Below, in pieces: positions 1 through 9,473 of a stretch of 32,000 nt of DNA (the first letter of the stretch is position 1; every line of letters starts with the position of its first letter). Source of the DNA: Fastidiosibacter lacustris (GTDB lineage Bacteria > Pseudomonadota > Gammaproteobacteria > Francisellales > Francisellaceae); the NCBI RefSeq assembly GCF_003428155.1, contig NZ_QLIR01000017.1, positions 1-32,000 on the forward strand. The letters are read 5' to 3'. The notes below the pieces were generated by a model, which did not search any database, was not told the origin of the DNA, and saw only the letters and a program-made list of their open reading frames with translations. A program made the position numbers and the translations under genes.

Positions 1-1
1 T

Positions 2-142
2 CTCCGTGTACTAAATGAAAACGTAATAGGCATGTTAAAACGTTTTAAAATTATTGCCGACAAATATCGGAATAGACGAAAAAGGTTTGGACTTCGATTT
101 AATTTAATAACGGGAATTTACAACTTTGAATTGACTAATTGA
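2..142 (+). pseudogene. C-terminal tail of an IS5-family-like transposase, cut by the window edge (intact or remnant status unknown)
   Basis: Frame 2 reads LRVLNENVIGMLKRFKIIADKYRNRRKRFGLRFNLITGIYNFELTN* ending at 140-142. The (R/K)LKRF(K/R)I(I/L)A(D/E)(K/R)YRNRR(K/R)RFGLRFNLI.GIYN.EL pattern is typical of IS5-group transposase C-termini. It is absent from the ORF track because no start codon is present. Confidence 0.75.
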
Positions 143-400
143 GGTTTGGAAAGAATTCTATTATAAAAACAAATGTGCCAGATGATAACAATACCGAAAA
201 AATTATCACGTAAAGTACTTTCTCATAAGGGTTTATGGTAGGTCATGTTTTACTGATATTCATCAAAGAAGAATAATAAGGTTAAGCAACTATAAAAATT
301 TAAAATAATTTGATCGTTAATCTCCTTTCTATTTTATCAAAACCTCTTTATCCTATAGCCTGATTTTCAACACCGCTAACTTATGGGGGATTTATGCTCG

Positions 401-1522
401 ATGGAGAGAATAACCAATAAAAAACCATTGATTAGTATTCGCAATCTCACTAAGCGTTTTGATGATGGACATACTGCCGTAGATGGCATTTCTTTAGACA
501 TTTATCCAAAAGAGTTTTTTGCTTTACTTGGTAGCTCAGGTAGTGGCAAAAGTACGCTTTTACGCTTATTAGCAGGATTTGAGCAACCAACTGATGGTCG
601 AATTTTAATCGATAGTGTGGACATGACAAATGTTCCACCTTATAAACGCCCAATTAATATGATGTTTCAGTCCTATGCCTTATTTCCACATATGACAATT
701 GAGCAAAACATCATGTTTGGCTTGAAACAGGATAAACTACCAAAAAATGAAATCCTTGCACGCACAGCAGCTGCACTTAAAATTATTAAAATGGAACATT
801 TAGCAAAACGTAAGCCACATCAATTATCAGGTGGTCAGAGACAACGTGCAGCCTTAGCACGCTGCTTAGCCAAACGCCCCAAGCTAATACTACTAGATGA
901 ACCCTTGTCTGCTTTAGATAAAAACTTGCGTGATCAAATGAAATTTGAGTTAGTTGACATTCAAGAACAAACTGGTAGCACCTTTATCATGGTAACACAT
1001 GACCAAGAAGAAGCGATGACAATGGCATCTCGCATTGGTATTATGTCTGAAGGCTGGCTTGAACAAGTCAGTCCTCCACAAGAAGTGTATGAGTTTCCTA
1101 AAACCCGCTTTGTTGCTAGTTTTATCGGTAAAAGTGCTATTTTCGAGGGAATAATTGCTGAAATAAATGATGACTCTAGTACGATTGATTCTAATGAGAC
1201 AAAAAGTGTATTTAAACTTGATCGCAAAATCGAAGGTGTTGAAGGACAACAAATATGGATTGGACTTCGTCCTGAAAAAATATCCATTTCTAAGACTGCA
1301 CCAATAGATTACAATCTAGAACGACCAATTAACACCATCGTTGGCAAGGTGAAAGACATTGCTTACATGGGAGGCTTATCGACTTATTATGTAGAAAGCG
1401 CAACAGGTAAACTTATTACAGCAACAGATTTTAACGTCGAGCGCAATGCAGATCACCCCACCTGGGAAGATACCGTATACTTAACGTGGGAACCTGAAAA
1501 CATCATGGTGTTATATTCATGA
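401..1522 (+). CDS. potG: Putrescine/spermidine ABC transporter ATP-binding protein (PotG/PotA-like)
   Basis: Walker A LLGSSGSGKSTLLR, signature QLSGGQRQRAALARCL, Walker B LILLDEPLSALD, C-terminal TOBE-like region. ORF opens at 383; the GGGGGA at 385-390 better supports ATG at 401. Confidence 0.9.
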   Translation: MERITNKKPLISIRNLTKRFDDGHTAVDGISLDIYPKEFFALLGSSGSGKSTLLRLLAGFEQPTDGRILIDSVDMTNVPPYKRPINMMFQSYALFPHMTIEQNIMFGLKQDKLPKNEILARTAAALKIIKMEHLAKRKPHQLSGGQRQRAALARCLAKRPKLILLDEPLSALDKNLRDQMKFELVDIQEQTGSTFIMVTHDQEEAMTMASRIGIMSEGWLEQVSPPQEVYEFPKTRFVASFIGKSAIFEGIIAEINDDSSTIDSNETKSVFKLDRKIEGVEGQQIWIGLRPEKISISKTAPIDYNLERPINTIVGKVKDIAYMGGLSTYYVESATGKLITATDFNVERNADHPTWEDTVYLTWEPENIMVLYS

Positions 1523-2430
1523 GGTTTATAATTGATTCAGTCTTGATCCACAAATGGCAAAAACGCTTTGTCATATTGGTTCCTATGTTATGGTTTATGG
1601 TGTTTTTACTTATCCCATTTTTATTTGTTTTAGCTATAAGCTTTACTGTGCCTGCGGATGGAACACCCCCTTTTAGCGCTATTTCACAATACACTGATCA
1701 CACACTTCATATTATTTTACATTTAACTAACTACATGCAAACGCTAAGCTCAAATTTGGTATTCATTGCCCTTTATGACTCAGCAAGTATTGCTCTTATA
1801 ACAACTATTCTATGTATTTTAATTGGCTATCCAATGGCTTTAGCGCTTTCGCGCATAAAAAGCAAGCACACTCAGCTTATATTTTTGATCATGATTATCA
1901 TTCCCTATTGGACATCGTTTTTATTACGAACGTATGCTTGGGTGACATTACTTGGTAACCATAAACTCAATGTTTTTCTAATGGAGTTTGGCTTGCCAAG
2001 CATGGCATTATTATATAATAATTTTTCAATGTATTTAGGCATGGTTTATTGCTACTTACCCTTTTTGGTCTTACCGCTCTATGCTATATTAATCAAGCTT
2101 GATCCAATTCTAAATGACGCTGCAGCTGACTTAGGTGCCACCCCAATTAAAACATTTTTTAAAGTAACACTACCCTTATCCATGCCTGGATTAATCGCTG
2201 GTAGTCTACTGGTTTTTATCCCTGCCGTTGGAGAAGTTGTTGTACCTCAGATCATGGGTGGGTTAAATAGCGTTATGATTGGGAGTATAATCTGGGAGCA
2301 GTTCTTTACTGCAAATAACTGGGGGATGTCAGCTGCAATGTCGGTTATCTTATTGATCATTCTTGTATTACCTGTTATTTGGATGCAAAAAATTCAGCAA
2401 CGTCAAGCTAAAGCCTCAGGAAGTTTATAA
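1519..2430 (+). CDS. potH: Putrescine/spermidine ABC transporter permease (PotH-like)
   Basis: Multi-TM protein with the EAA-like loop AAADLGATPIKTFFKVTLPLSMPGLIAG; 4-nt overlap with potG. Confidence 0.88.
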   Translation: MRFIIDSVLIHKWQKRFVILVPMLWFMVFLLIPFLFVLAISFTVPADGTPPFSAISQYTDHTLHIILHLTNYMQTLSSNLVFIALYDSASIALITTILCILIGYPMALALSRIKSKHTQLIFLIMIIIPYWTSFLLRTYAWVTLLGNHKLNVFLMEFGLPSMALLYNNFSMYLGMVYCYLPFLVLPLYAILIKLDPILNDAAADLGATPIKTFFKVTLPLSMPGLIAGSLLVFIPAVGEVVVPQIMGGLNSVMIGSIIWEQFFTANNWGMSAAMSVILLIILVLPVIWMQKIQQRQAKASGSL

Positions 2431-3246
2431 ATGCGTACCTTTTCTTACAGTAAAGTAATGCTCATTCTTGGATTGATCTTCTTATATATCCCACTTTTTA
2501 TCCTTATATTGTTTTCATTTAGTAATTCCCAAATCATCAACCTTTGGGGCGGATTTACATTAGATTGGTATAAAGCACTGTTTAATGATAGCGACATCAT
2601 TAGTGCCGCCTTAATCAGTTTGCAAATTGCGCTTATTGCCTCACTTTGTGCCACTACGTTAGGCACAATAATCGCTTATATAATGACACGCTTTGAATAT
2701 TTCCGTAGTAAAAGCTTTCTCTATGGTATGGTGATCACCCCGCTTGTCTTACCTGATATTGTATTAGGAGTATCACTTTTATTAATGTTTACTTCATTAC
2801 AAAATTTAATTGGTTGGCCACATGGTCGTGGCATGATGACCATTATTATTGCACATATCACCTTTTGTACGGCCTATGTCACAATTGTCATGCAAGCTCG
2901 AATTGCTAGCGTTGATCGTTCGATTGAAGAAGCAGCAATGGACTTAGGTGCGAAGCCTGCAAGAATCTTTTTTCAAATTACCCTGCCACAAATTATTCCT
3001 TCCCTAATTGCCTCATTTTTATTGGCATTCACACTTTCAATAGATGATTTAGTTATCACTGAATTCGTTGCTGGTAGCAGCGATCCAACCTTACCTATGT
3101 ATATCTATTCAACGGTTAAAAATGGTCCTACACCTGAAATTAATGCTCTTGCTACCATTATGATTGCAATTATTTCAACCTGTGTGGTAATCGGTGCCTA
3201 TATTGCCTTTAAAATGGAAGCCAAGAAAAAGAAAAGCAGAAAATAA
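2431..3246 (+). CDS. potI: Putrescine/spermidine ABC transporter permease (PotI-like)
   Basis: Multi-TM, EAA loop EEAAMDLGAKPARIFFQITLPQIIPSLIAS; SIDDLVITEFVAG region typical of PotC/PotI; directly abuts potH. Confidence 0.88.
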   Translation: MRTFSYSKVMLILGLIFLYIPLFILILFSFSNSQIINLWGGFTLDWYKALFNDSDIISAALISLQIALIASLCATTLGTIIAYIMTRFEYFRSKSFLYGMVITPLVLPDIVLGVSLLLMFTSLQNLIGWPHGRGMMTIIIAHITFCTAYVTIVMQARIASVDRSIEEAAMDLGAKPARIFFQITLPQIIPSLIASFLLAFTLSIDDLVITEFVAGSSDPTLPMYIYSTVKNGPTPEINALATIMIAIISTCVVIGAYIAFKMEAKKKKSRK

Positions 3247-3340
3247 TACAACAGGAAAGATAAAACCTTGCTACTAGAAATCTCAACTAAGGCACCATCA
3301 ATAAAAAAATCTGCAAGTTTAACAATTACTTTTCACGGCG

Positions 3341-4327
3341 TTATAAGTCTAAATTATTACGCTTAAATACACGATCAGCACGATAACTTGAACGCACCAT
3401 AGGTCCTGAAGCTACTTCTAAAAATCCTTTTTCAAGACCAATCTGGCGATATTCCTCAAATTCTTTTGGAGTGACAAAACGCTCAATCACCAAGTGATGC
3501 TTAGTCGGCTGCATATATTGACCTAGCGTTAAAATATCAACTCGTGCTAAGCGTAAGTCATCCATTGTTTTAAGCACTTCTTCTTTTGTCTCGCCCAATC
3601 CTAACATTAGACTCGTTTTAGTTAATACCTTTGGATTTTGCTGCTTGACATATTTCAAGACGTTAATTGTTTGCCAATAACCCGCACGAGGATCACGCAC
3701 AACATATGTTAAGCGTTCAACTGTTTCAACGTTTTGGGCGAAAACATCCATGTCCGTCTTAAGCAGTTTATCGATATGCTCATGTTTCCCCTGGAAATCT
3801 GGTGTTAACGCTTCGACCTTAATCGTAGGGCTAAGCGCTTTGATTTCATTAATCGCCTGCGCATAATGACCTGCACCACCATCTTCTAAATCATCTCGAT
3901 CGACTGAGGTTAACACCACATATTCCAAGCCCATAAGCTTAACACTTTCTGCTGCATTTTTTGGCTCATCACGATCCAGCCACCCTTTGGGATTACCTGT
4001 ATCCACTGAACAAAACTTACACGCTCTCGTACACACACTTCCCATTAACATAATCGTTGCTGTACCGTGCGACCAACATTCGTTAATATTAGGGCATTTT
4101 GCTTCTTCACATACCGTTGACAAGCGATGTGTTTTAGTAATGGATTTCACTTTACGGTAGGTTTCGCTTGAGTCCTGCTTAGCTACTTTTAACCAATCTG
4201 GTTTTTGAATGCGAACTGGATTGACCTTACTATTTTTAATGCCATCTTTTACTGCACTAAAGCCCAGCTCAGTTTGGTATTTCTCACCGCTTTCCACTTT
4301 AACTGGGATATCAATTAATTTAGTCAT
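3341..4327 (-). CDS. lipA: Lipoyl synthase (radical SAM)
   Basis: [13 protein letters not shown] plus [15 protein letters not shown] (two cysteine clusters typical of LipA), [14 protein letters not shown]. Longer TTG-initiated ORF to 4339; ATG at 4327 preferred. Confidence 0.95.
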   Translation of the reverse strand: MTKLIDIPVKVESGEKYQTELGFSAVKDGIKNSKVNPVRIQKPDWLKVAKQDSSETYRKVKSITKTHRLSTVCEEAKCPNINECWSHGTATIMLMGSVCTRACKFCSVDTGNPKGWLDRDEPKNAAESVKLMGLEYVVLTSVDRDDLEDGGAGHYAQAINEIKALSPTIKVEALTPDFQGKHEHIDKLLKTDMDVFAQNVETVERLTYVVRDPRAGYWQTINVLKYVKQQNPKVLTKTSLMLGLGETKEEVLKTMDDLRLARVDILTLGQYMQPTKHHLVIERFVTPKEFEEYRQIGLEKGFLEVASGPMVRSSYRADRVFKRNNLDL

Positions 4328-4340
4328 TAGAGATATCAAC

Positions 4341-4396
4341 TAACACTTAAAACTGTGGCTCATCATGACAAAACTTATTCCTAGTTTCAAGTGTTA
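4341..4396. repeat. Near-perfect 14-nt inverted repeat (13/14) spanning the MFS stop codon and the gap to lipA
   Basis: TAACACTTAAAACT (4341-4354) versus AGTTTCAAGTGTTA (4383-4396); loop 28 nt. Confidence 0.7.
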
Positions 4397-5625
4397 TGTG
4401 AGTAATAACGCATTGCCCATGCAAAGAAAACAGCAGACAACACAAAAATTAAAAACCATGTAAAGATCGCAATTGAGCCCACTCCAAGCCCAAAGATATA
4501 AACACCTAAATAACTACCCACACCCAAGCCAAGCGAGCTAGTACACAAATTGTAGAAAGACATATTGGCTTTGAGTTTTGTAGGGTCTTTTTCATTCGAG
4601 ATAGCAATAACAGAAACTTGTGGCGCGATAATCTCACCAAGCGTAAAGAGTAAAATGCAAAAATAAAGCCAAGGTAATGATTCAGCTTGAAAAGTAAATA
4701 AAACTAATGCGACACAAGAGGCTCCGATACCTAAAGTATATTGAAAGCTATAATTTTTAATTCTTGCAACAAGGTTAATAACCTTGATTGTCATAAAAAT
4801 AAGCAAGATAGAATTCAAAGTAAAAATACTCGAAATAACAGCTGTATATTCGTGATAATTTTGCTTAATCATCAGCGTAAAATAAGTATATATTTGTGCT
4901 TCAAAGATAAAATGAAAGAAACTTGCAATGCCAATCAATAAAGTCTTTTTATTGACTCTAAATGACAAAAGCATTGGTTGGCGTTCAGTTTTTTTGGTTG
5001 TAGTAGGTGTTGAAATAACTCTTACCACCAAGCATGCTGAAATCAAAAAACATAACAAGGAAAAAAATAGAACTCCTTGAAAGCCTGCTAATTTTAGCAT
5101 TAACGCACCAATAAGAGGTCCCATGGCTCCACCTAAACTATTAACCATTTTAATATAGGCAAAAAGCTTAGTTGTATCGCTTTGATTCACTAAGTACTCA
5201 AGTTGTAATACTCTGGAATAAGTAAAGTATATGCCGAGACTGAAACGATAAAGCAGTAAGCATAGAAGAATTAAAATATATGCTACCTGTAAAAATAAAG
5301 AGCTAAGATAACAAAATACAATGGCAACGCCCAAAAGAATAATTGTCAGAAAAAACCCTTTTTTTGACGCCTTGCTTGGCAATAAATTTACCAGAATGTA
5401 GGCGGAAAAATTCCCAACAATCATCCCAATAAGCATTAAAAAACCAATATCATTAACGGATATTCCGCTAAAAATAGGAAGTTCAACAACAACATATGGA
5501 AAAAAAGCGAACATCCCAACACATGAAAGCATCATAACAATAAGTAATAAATAGTTATTTTTTGAAAAATTAGGATTTAACCGCCTTAATGATTGCCTCA
5601 AAGAAATCTGCCTCATTTTATTCAT
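4387..5625 (-). CDS. MFS transporter, putative exporter of the adjacent pathway product
   Basis: About 12 hydrophobic segments, MFS-like fold. ORF extends to a TTG at 5631 but ATG at 5625 overlaps the upstream stop codon by 8 nt (ATGAATAA). Confidence 0.75.
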   Translation of the reverse strand: MNKMRQISLRQSLRRLNPNFSKNNYLLLIVMMLSCVGMFAFFPYVVVELPIFSGISVNDIGFLMLIGMIVGNFSAYILVNLLPSKASKKGFFLTIILLGVAIVFCYLSSLFLQVAYILILLCLLLYRFSLGIYFTYSRVLQLEYLVNQSDTTKLFAYIKMVNSLGGAMGPLIGALMLKLAGFQGVLFFSLLCFLISACLVVRVISTPTTTKKTERQPMLLSFRVNKKTLLIGIASFFHFIFEAQIYTYFTLMIKQNYHEYTAVISSIFTLNSILLIFMTIKVINLVARIKNYSFQYTLGIGASCVALVLFTFQAESLPWLYFCILLFTLGEIIAPQVSVIAISNEKDPTKLKANMSFYNLCTSSLGLGVGSYLGVYIFGLGVGSIAIFTWFLIFVLSAVFFAWAMRYYSHNT

Positions 5626-6796
5626 ACTCAAATTTTACGTTCTGATAAATACCATCAACCACATCGTTATGTGTCTTAGGATTATTTGCAAAGGCAATAA
5701 AAAAACCAGGTCTATCATAAGATGAGCTCCCAAGTTGCGGAGTCTCAAAAATAGCTGCTCGTATTTCATAACTTGCAACATGTGGGTTTATTCTCATACG
5801 CTCTTGACCAATAACACATTTGACCTTATGCAAAGTTGGGTTAAAAAAGTTTGTAGAACACACTATAGTGTTTGGTGAAACTTTTAATGAAGGCAAGCTT
5901 AAGCGCATACGCTGTCTGATAGTTAACTCATACAAGTCTATTCCTGTCTTTAAATATACAAGATCAGGGATGCTATCCCCACCAACGCGGTTATGAGATT
6001 CGATGATAAAGCAACTACCACCATCAACGATAACTTCTGTATGATATGCTCCATTTTCTACGTTCATATCACACAAAAACTGAATAACTGTGTCATGAAT
6101 TAGCGCATTAACGTTTGCAGGAATTTCCTCTCCAATAATATGCCTTTGCTCGACAAACTTACTATCAGCAGTTTGGTAAAGCATCTTTTTAGTAATTGCT
6201 AGAATATTATGCTGGGTATTACATGAGAAACTCTCAACGGAATATTCAATTCCATGAATAAATTTTTCCGCAATCAAAGGCGATGAACAATCAATTTGTG
6301 CTATGTCACTCCAAGATTCAACTTTAGAAACATTCTGACTACCCACACCACTCTTAGGCTTGGTAATAATCGGGGCTTTGATTTGGTTATAAAAATCAAT
6401 CAACTCCTTACGGTGGGTGATGGAACAAAATGGAACGCTATAGGGTTTTGTTGCTATAAACTCGCGCATAGCAACTTTATCTTTTAATTTTTGAGTAATC
6501 ACTAACTCGTTTTCCCAACCTAATCCCAACTCTTTATTAAGCAAAGCAGCACTAATAAGGGCATCTTCCCTTAAGGTAACAATGGCTTGAACTTTATGAT
6601 GTTTCAGAAAGGAAACCATGCAATCAAGATTATTATGGTCTCCATAGTCAAGTAACAAACACTGATCAGCCAAAGCACGTGATCTATCAGTAACTTCTTG
6701 TGCTTTATGAATCAAAACAACTGAAAGCTTTAATTGTTTCGCTCGATCCAGTAACAGCTCATTACTGCCAATAAATGCAATTTTATTCATCTGCAT
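5618..6796 (-). CDS. ATP-grasp family ligase (L-amino-acid ligase / carboxylate-amine ligase-like)
   Basis: ITKPKSGVGSQNV, LIAEKFIHGIEYSVESF and HTEVIVDGGSCFIIESHNRVGGDSIPDL match ATP-grasp ATP/Mg-binding elements. Confidence 0.8.
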   Translation of the reverse strand: MQMNKIAFIGSNELLLDRAKQLKLSVVLIHKAQEVTDRSRALADQCLLLDYGDHNNLDCMVSFLKHHKVQAIVTLREDALISAALLNKELGLGWENELVITQKLKDKVAMREFIATKPYSVPFCSITHRKELIDFYNQIKAPIITKPKSGVGSQNVSKVESWSDIAQIDCSSPLIAEKFIHGIEYSVESFSCNTQHNILAITKKMLYQTADSKFVEQRHIIGEEIPANVNALIHDTVIQFLCDMNVENGAYHTEVIVDGGSCFIIESHNRVGGDSIPDLVYLKTGIDLYELTIRQRMRLSLPSLKVSPNTIVCSTNFFNPTLHKVKCVIGQERMRINPHVASYEIRAAIFETPQLGSSSYDRPGFFIAFANNPKTHNDVVDGIYQNVKFEYE

Positions 6797-8036
6797 ACAC
6801 CTCTACTGCAATTTTTTGTGATGTGCTTTCAATAAAATTAATCGCCTGTGATGTGGAGCTAAAAGTTTGTATTACAAAACCCAAACGATCTTCTGTACTG
6901 GTTAACCCTTTTATTTTCTTTGGAAGTTGGGCAAGGTGAGTTTTATGACTGTGCTCAAAGTTGCTGCCAATTTTAAGTTGACTCACCTCTCCTTCTTTAG
7001 TTGAAAATAAAAAGCAAATGGCGGCATAAGTTTTTCCTTCACTTTGCTGTTGCTTTTTGTCTAACTCCAATGCTTCAAACCTAATTCCAAGGGATGCGCG
7101 TAGATATAATGCGATAGGATCTATGTGTTTGGCGAGTTTCATCAGCTCAGGAATCTGATCCCCACCAACTCGAGGATTGATTTCTATTAATTTTAGAACA
7201 CCACCTATAACTTTAAACTCTACATGGGCAAAGCTATTTTTAAAACCTATTGTTGCAAGCACTTCTTTTAGCTGCAATTCAACCTCTTTTTCAAATTGAG
7301 CATCTCCAAATGGGAAAATATGCCCAACTTCAACGCAATATGGAGGAGGAGAAACAAATTTCTTTGTCACTCCCAATAATAACCACTCATTTAAATCAGG
7401 ATTCCAAACCATTTCTGCACTATACTCATCACCTGGAATATACTCTTCAACGAGGATTTTTGTCGCAATCTGATACCCTCTACAATTTGGTGAAGTGAGC
7501 TGATAAATATTATTGACAGCCTCGATAAACTCTTCATTGCTGTGACAAATTTTCACCCCAACACTTCCACTTTCATCATTTGGCTTAACGACACAAGGAT
7601 AACCAATTGGACTAGAGTCGTATTTTTGTTTAAAGTCAATGACCTCATATGCCACTGATTGTTTAAGGTGGCTAACAGCTTTTCGCATTATATCTTTAAA
7701 ACGGCAGGCAAGTATTGACTCCAAAGTAGCACCTTTATGAGTATATTTAGCATTTAAAATAGCTGCCTGAACAATCCGAAAATCATCAAAAGCAACAATA
7801 ACCTCTATCTTTTCAGATTCCTTTTCATCCTCAAAAAAATGAAGCAGCTTTGTAATATCATAGGTATTAACTTCATGAACCTCATCAGCAAAAGTGCATG
7901 GATTAATAACTGCATCAGCATATTCTGTCATGTTAGTACAGATGAATTTCACTTTGTAACCAAGCTTTTTCGCTTCACTAGTTGCTATAGCTGCATTCCC
8001 TGCCATATTGCTCTCCAATAGGTAAATACATGACAT
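6783..8036 (-). CDS. ATP-grasp family ligase, second of tandem pair
   Basis: YPCVVKPNDESGSVGVKIC, ILVEEYIPGDEYSAEMVW, HVEFKVIGGVLKLIEINPRVGGDQIPEL; overlaps next gene by 14 nt. Confidence 0.82.
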   Translation of the reverse strand: MSCIYLLESNMAGNAAIATSEAKKLGYKVKFICTNMTEYADAVINPCTFADEVHEVNTYDITKLLHFFEDEKESEKIEVIVAFDDFRIVQAAILNAKYTHKGATLESILACRFKDIMRKAVSHLKQSVAYEVIDFKQKYDSSPIGYPCVVKPNDESGSVGVKICHSNEEFIEAVNNIYQLTSPNCRGYQIATKILVEEYIPGDEYSAEMVWNPDLNEWLLLGVTKKFVSPPPYCVEVGHIFPFGDAQFEKEVELQLKEVLATIGFKNSFAHVEFKVIGGVLKLIEINPRVGGDQIPELMKLAKHIDPIALYLRASLGIRFEALELDKKQQQSEGKTYAAICFLFSTKEGEVSQLKIGSNFEHSHKTHLAQLPKKIKGLTSTEDRLGFVIQTFSSTSQAINFIESTSQKIAVEVYADE

Positions 8037-8099
8037 TTTTTTCTCCTTCTAGTTAGCTTTTTAAAATCAAGTTACACTATATAACTTTAAAAGTGGTGA

Positions 8100-9473
8100 T
8101 TAAATTAAACTCTTTAAGCAGGCTGTTAGCTCATTCTCAAAGGCTCTTGTTAATAGCTTTCTTCCTTCATGAAAACCACTTAAGTCAAGTTTGCCTGAAT
8201 AAGTATGGTGTTCGATCAAGTCTGTCCCATTTAGAATTCTTTTGCTAAGTTGGAGCTCAGTTTTCTGTTGAGCCAAATATGTTTTTTTCAGCCCAACTGA
8301 CGAATATGCCACTCTAATTTTGATTTTATCAAATCCCATTGTAATAGCCGGAGATAGCGCTAATTTGAAATTCCTTAATGCGTAACTTGAAAAATCAAGG
8401 CTATTTCTTATAGACAATGCTTTGACCTTCTTTTTTGCGAGTAATTGATCAAAACACAGTACAATGCCATGTCCTGATTCTGGTTGATGCAAAACTGAAA
8501 CTAATTCTTCTTTCAGGCTATGGTTTATCTCTTTTACCAACATATTTATAATTCCCACCCTTTTTTTGCATTCAACGCTATTTTCTTCAAAATAGCTCTT
8601 TGGAATGCAAAAAGCCGCAGACACCATATCACCCAGTATTTTGGGGATAGTGGCAGAACGACTGATAATAAATGAGTTGATCTCAGAAATTATTTCCCGC
8701 GACCCACAACACCATCCTATGCGTAAATTTGCTAGGTTAAATCGCTTAGAAGCGCTCTTAACGGTAATAACTTTGTCAGCATACTCTTTGAAAGCTTCTA
8801 GTTGAGGCGTTCTGTTGGAAAAATCAAATTCTGTACCTGAAAATACGCTATCAACGATAACCCAAATCTGATAATCATAAGCAACTTGAGCAAGTTTTTT
8901 CAATTCACACTTCGTATATATCGCTCCGCTATGGGTAGGATTTTGCAGGAAAAGTCCATTTATTTGTTTATTCTCATTAAGATAAAGGATTAACTCTTCT
9001 GCTGTTAATTTATAATCGCTATCTAACTTGGTATATAAATGATTTAGATTACCTCCATACAATGAAAACCATTTAGGAACATTGTGGTAATAAGAGGTTG
9101 GTATGACAAAATGAAGGGAACCAAGCTTTTGTTTTAAAATTTGTAGAATCGAACAAATAAGCGTTGAAGATCCAAAATCAATTGCAATATTTTTTGCAAT
9201 ATCTTGATCAATACCATCTTCAATAAAATCTGAGAAAATATTGTGCTTTAATTCATCATGTTCTTGCAAGTACAAATAATCATCCAAAGAGCCATTTACA
9301 GAATCTAATAACGACACAATTCCTTTAGTAAGGACATCAGGATGAGGTCTTCTTATCCCGTCACCATGCGCCAAAGAAACGATATCCTTATCAAACATTG
9401 AAGGATATAATTTTAGTTCAGAGTCATTAATCCCGCCCAGTATTTTTCTTGCTTCAGTGAGATGCTTAAGCAT
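8100..9473 (-). CDS. Fold-type-I PLP-dependent enzyme, class I/II aminotransferase-like
   Basis: LFLQNPTHSGAIYTKCELKKLAQVAYDYQIWVIVDSVFSG (PLP Asp region) and VKSASKRFNLANLRIGW (probable Schiff-base Lys). Confidence 0.78.
   Translation of the reverse strand: MLKHLTEARKILGGINDSELKLYPSMFDKDIVSLAHGDGIRRPHPDVLTKGIVSLLDSVNGSLDDYLYLQEHDELKHNIFSDFIEDGIDQDIAKNIAIDFGSSTLICSILQILKQKLGSLHFVIPTSYYHNVPKWFSLYGGNLNHLYTKLDSDYKLTAEELILYLNENKQINGLFLQNPTHSGAIYTKCELKKLAQVAYDYQIWVIVDSVFSGTEFDFSNRTPQLEAFKEYADKVITVKSASKRFNLANLRIGWCCGSREIISEINSFIISRSATIPKILGDMVSAAFCIPKSYFEENSVECKKRVGIINMLVKEINHSLKEELVSVLHQPESGHGIVLCFDQLLAKKKVKALSIRNSLDFSSYALRNFKLALSPAITMGFDKIKIRVAYSSVGLKKTYLAQQKTELQLSKRILNGTDLIEHHTYSGKLDLSGFHEGRKLLTRAFENELTACLKSLI

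Noticed and set aside
7250-7498. 82-aa plus-strand ORF inside the second ATP-grasp gene
   Set aside because: Entirely antisense to a convincing ATP-grasp CDS, with no independent support.
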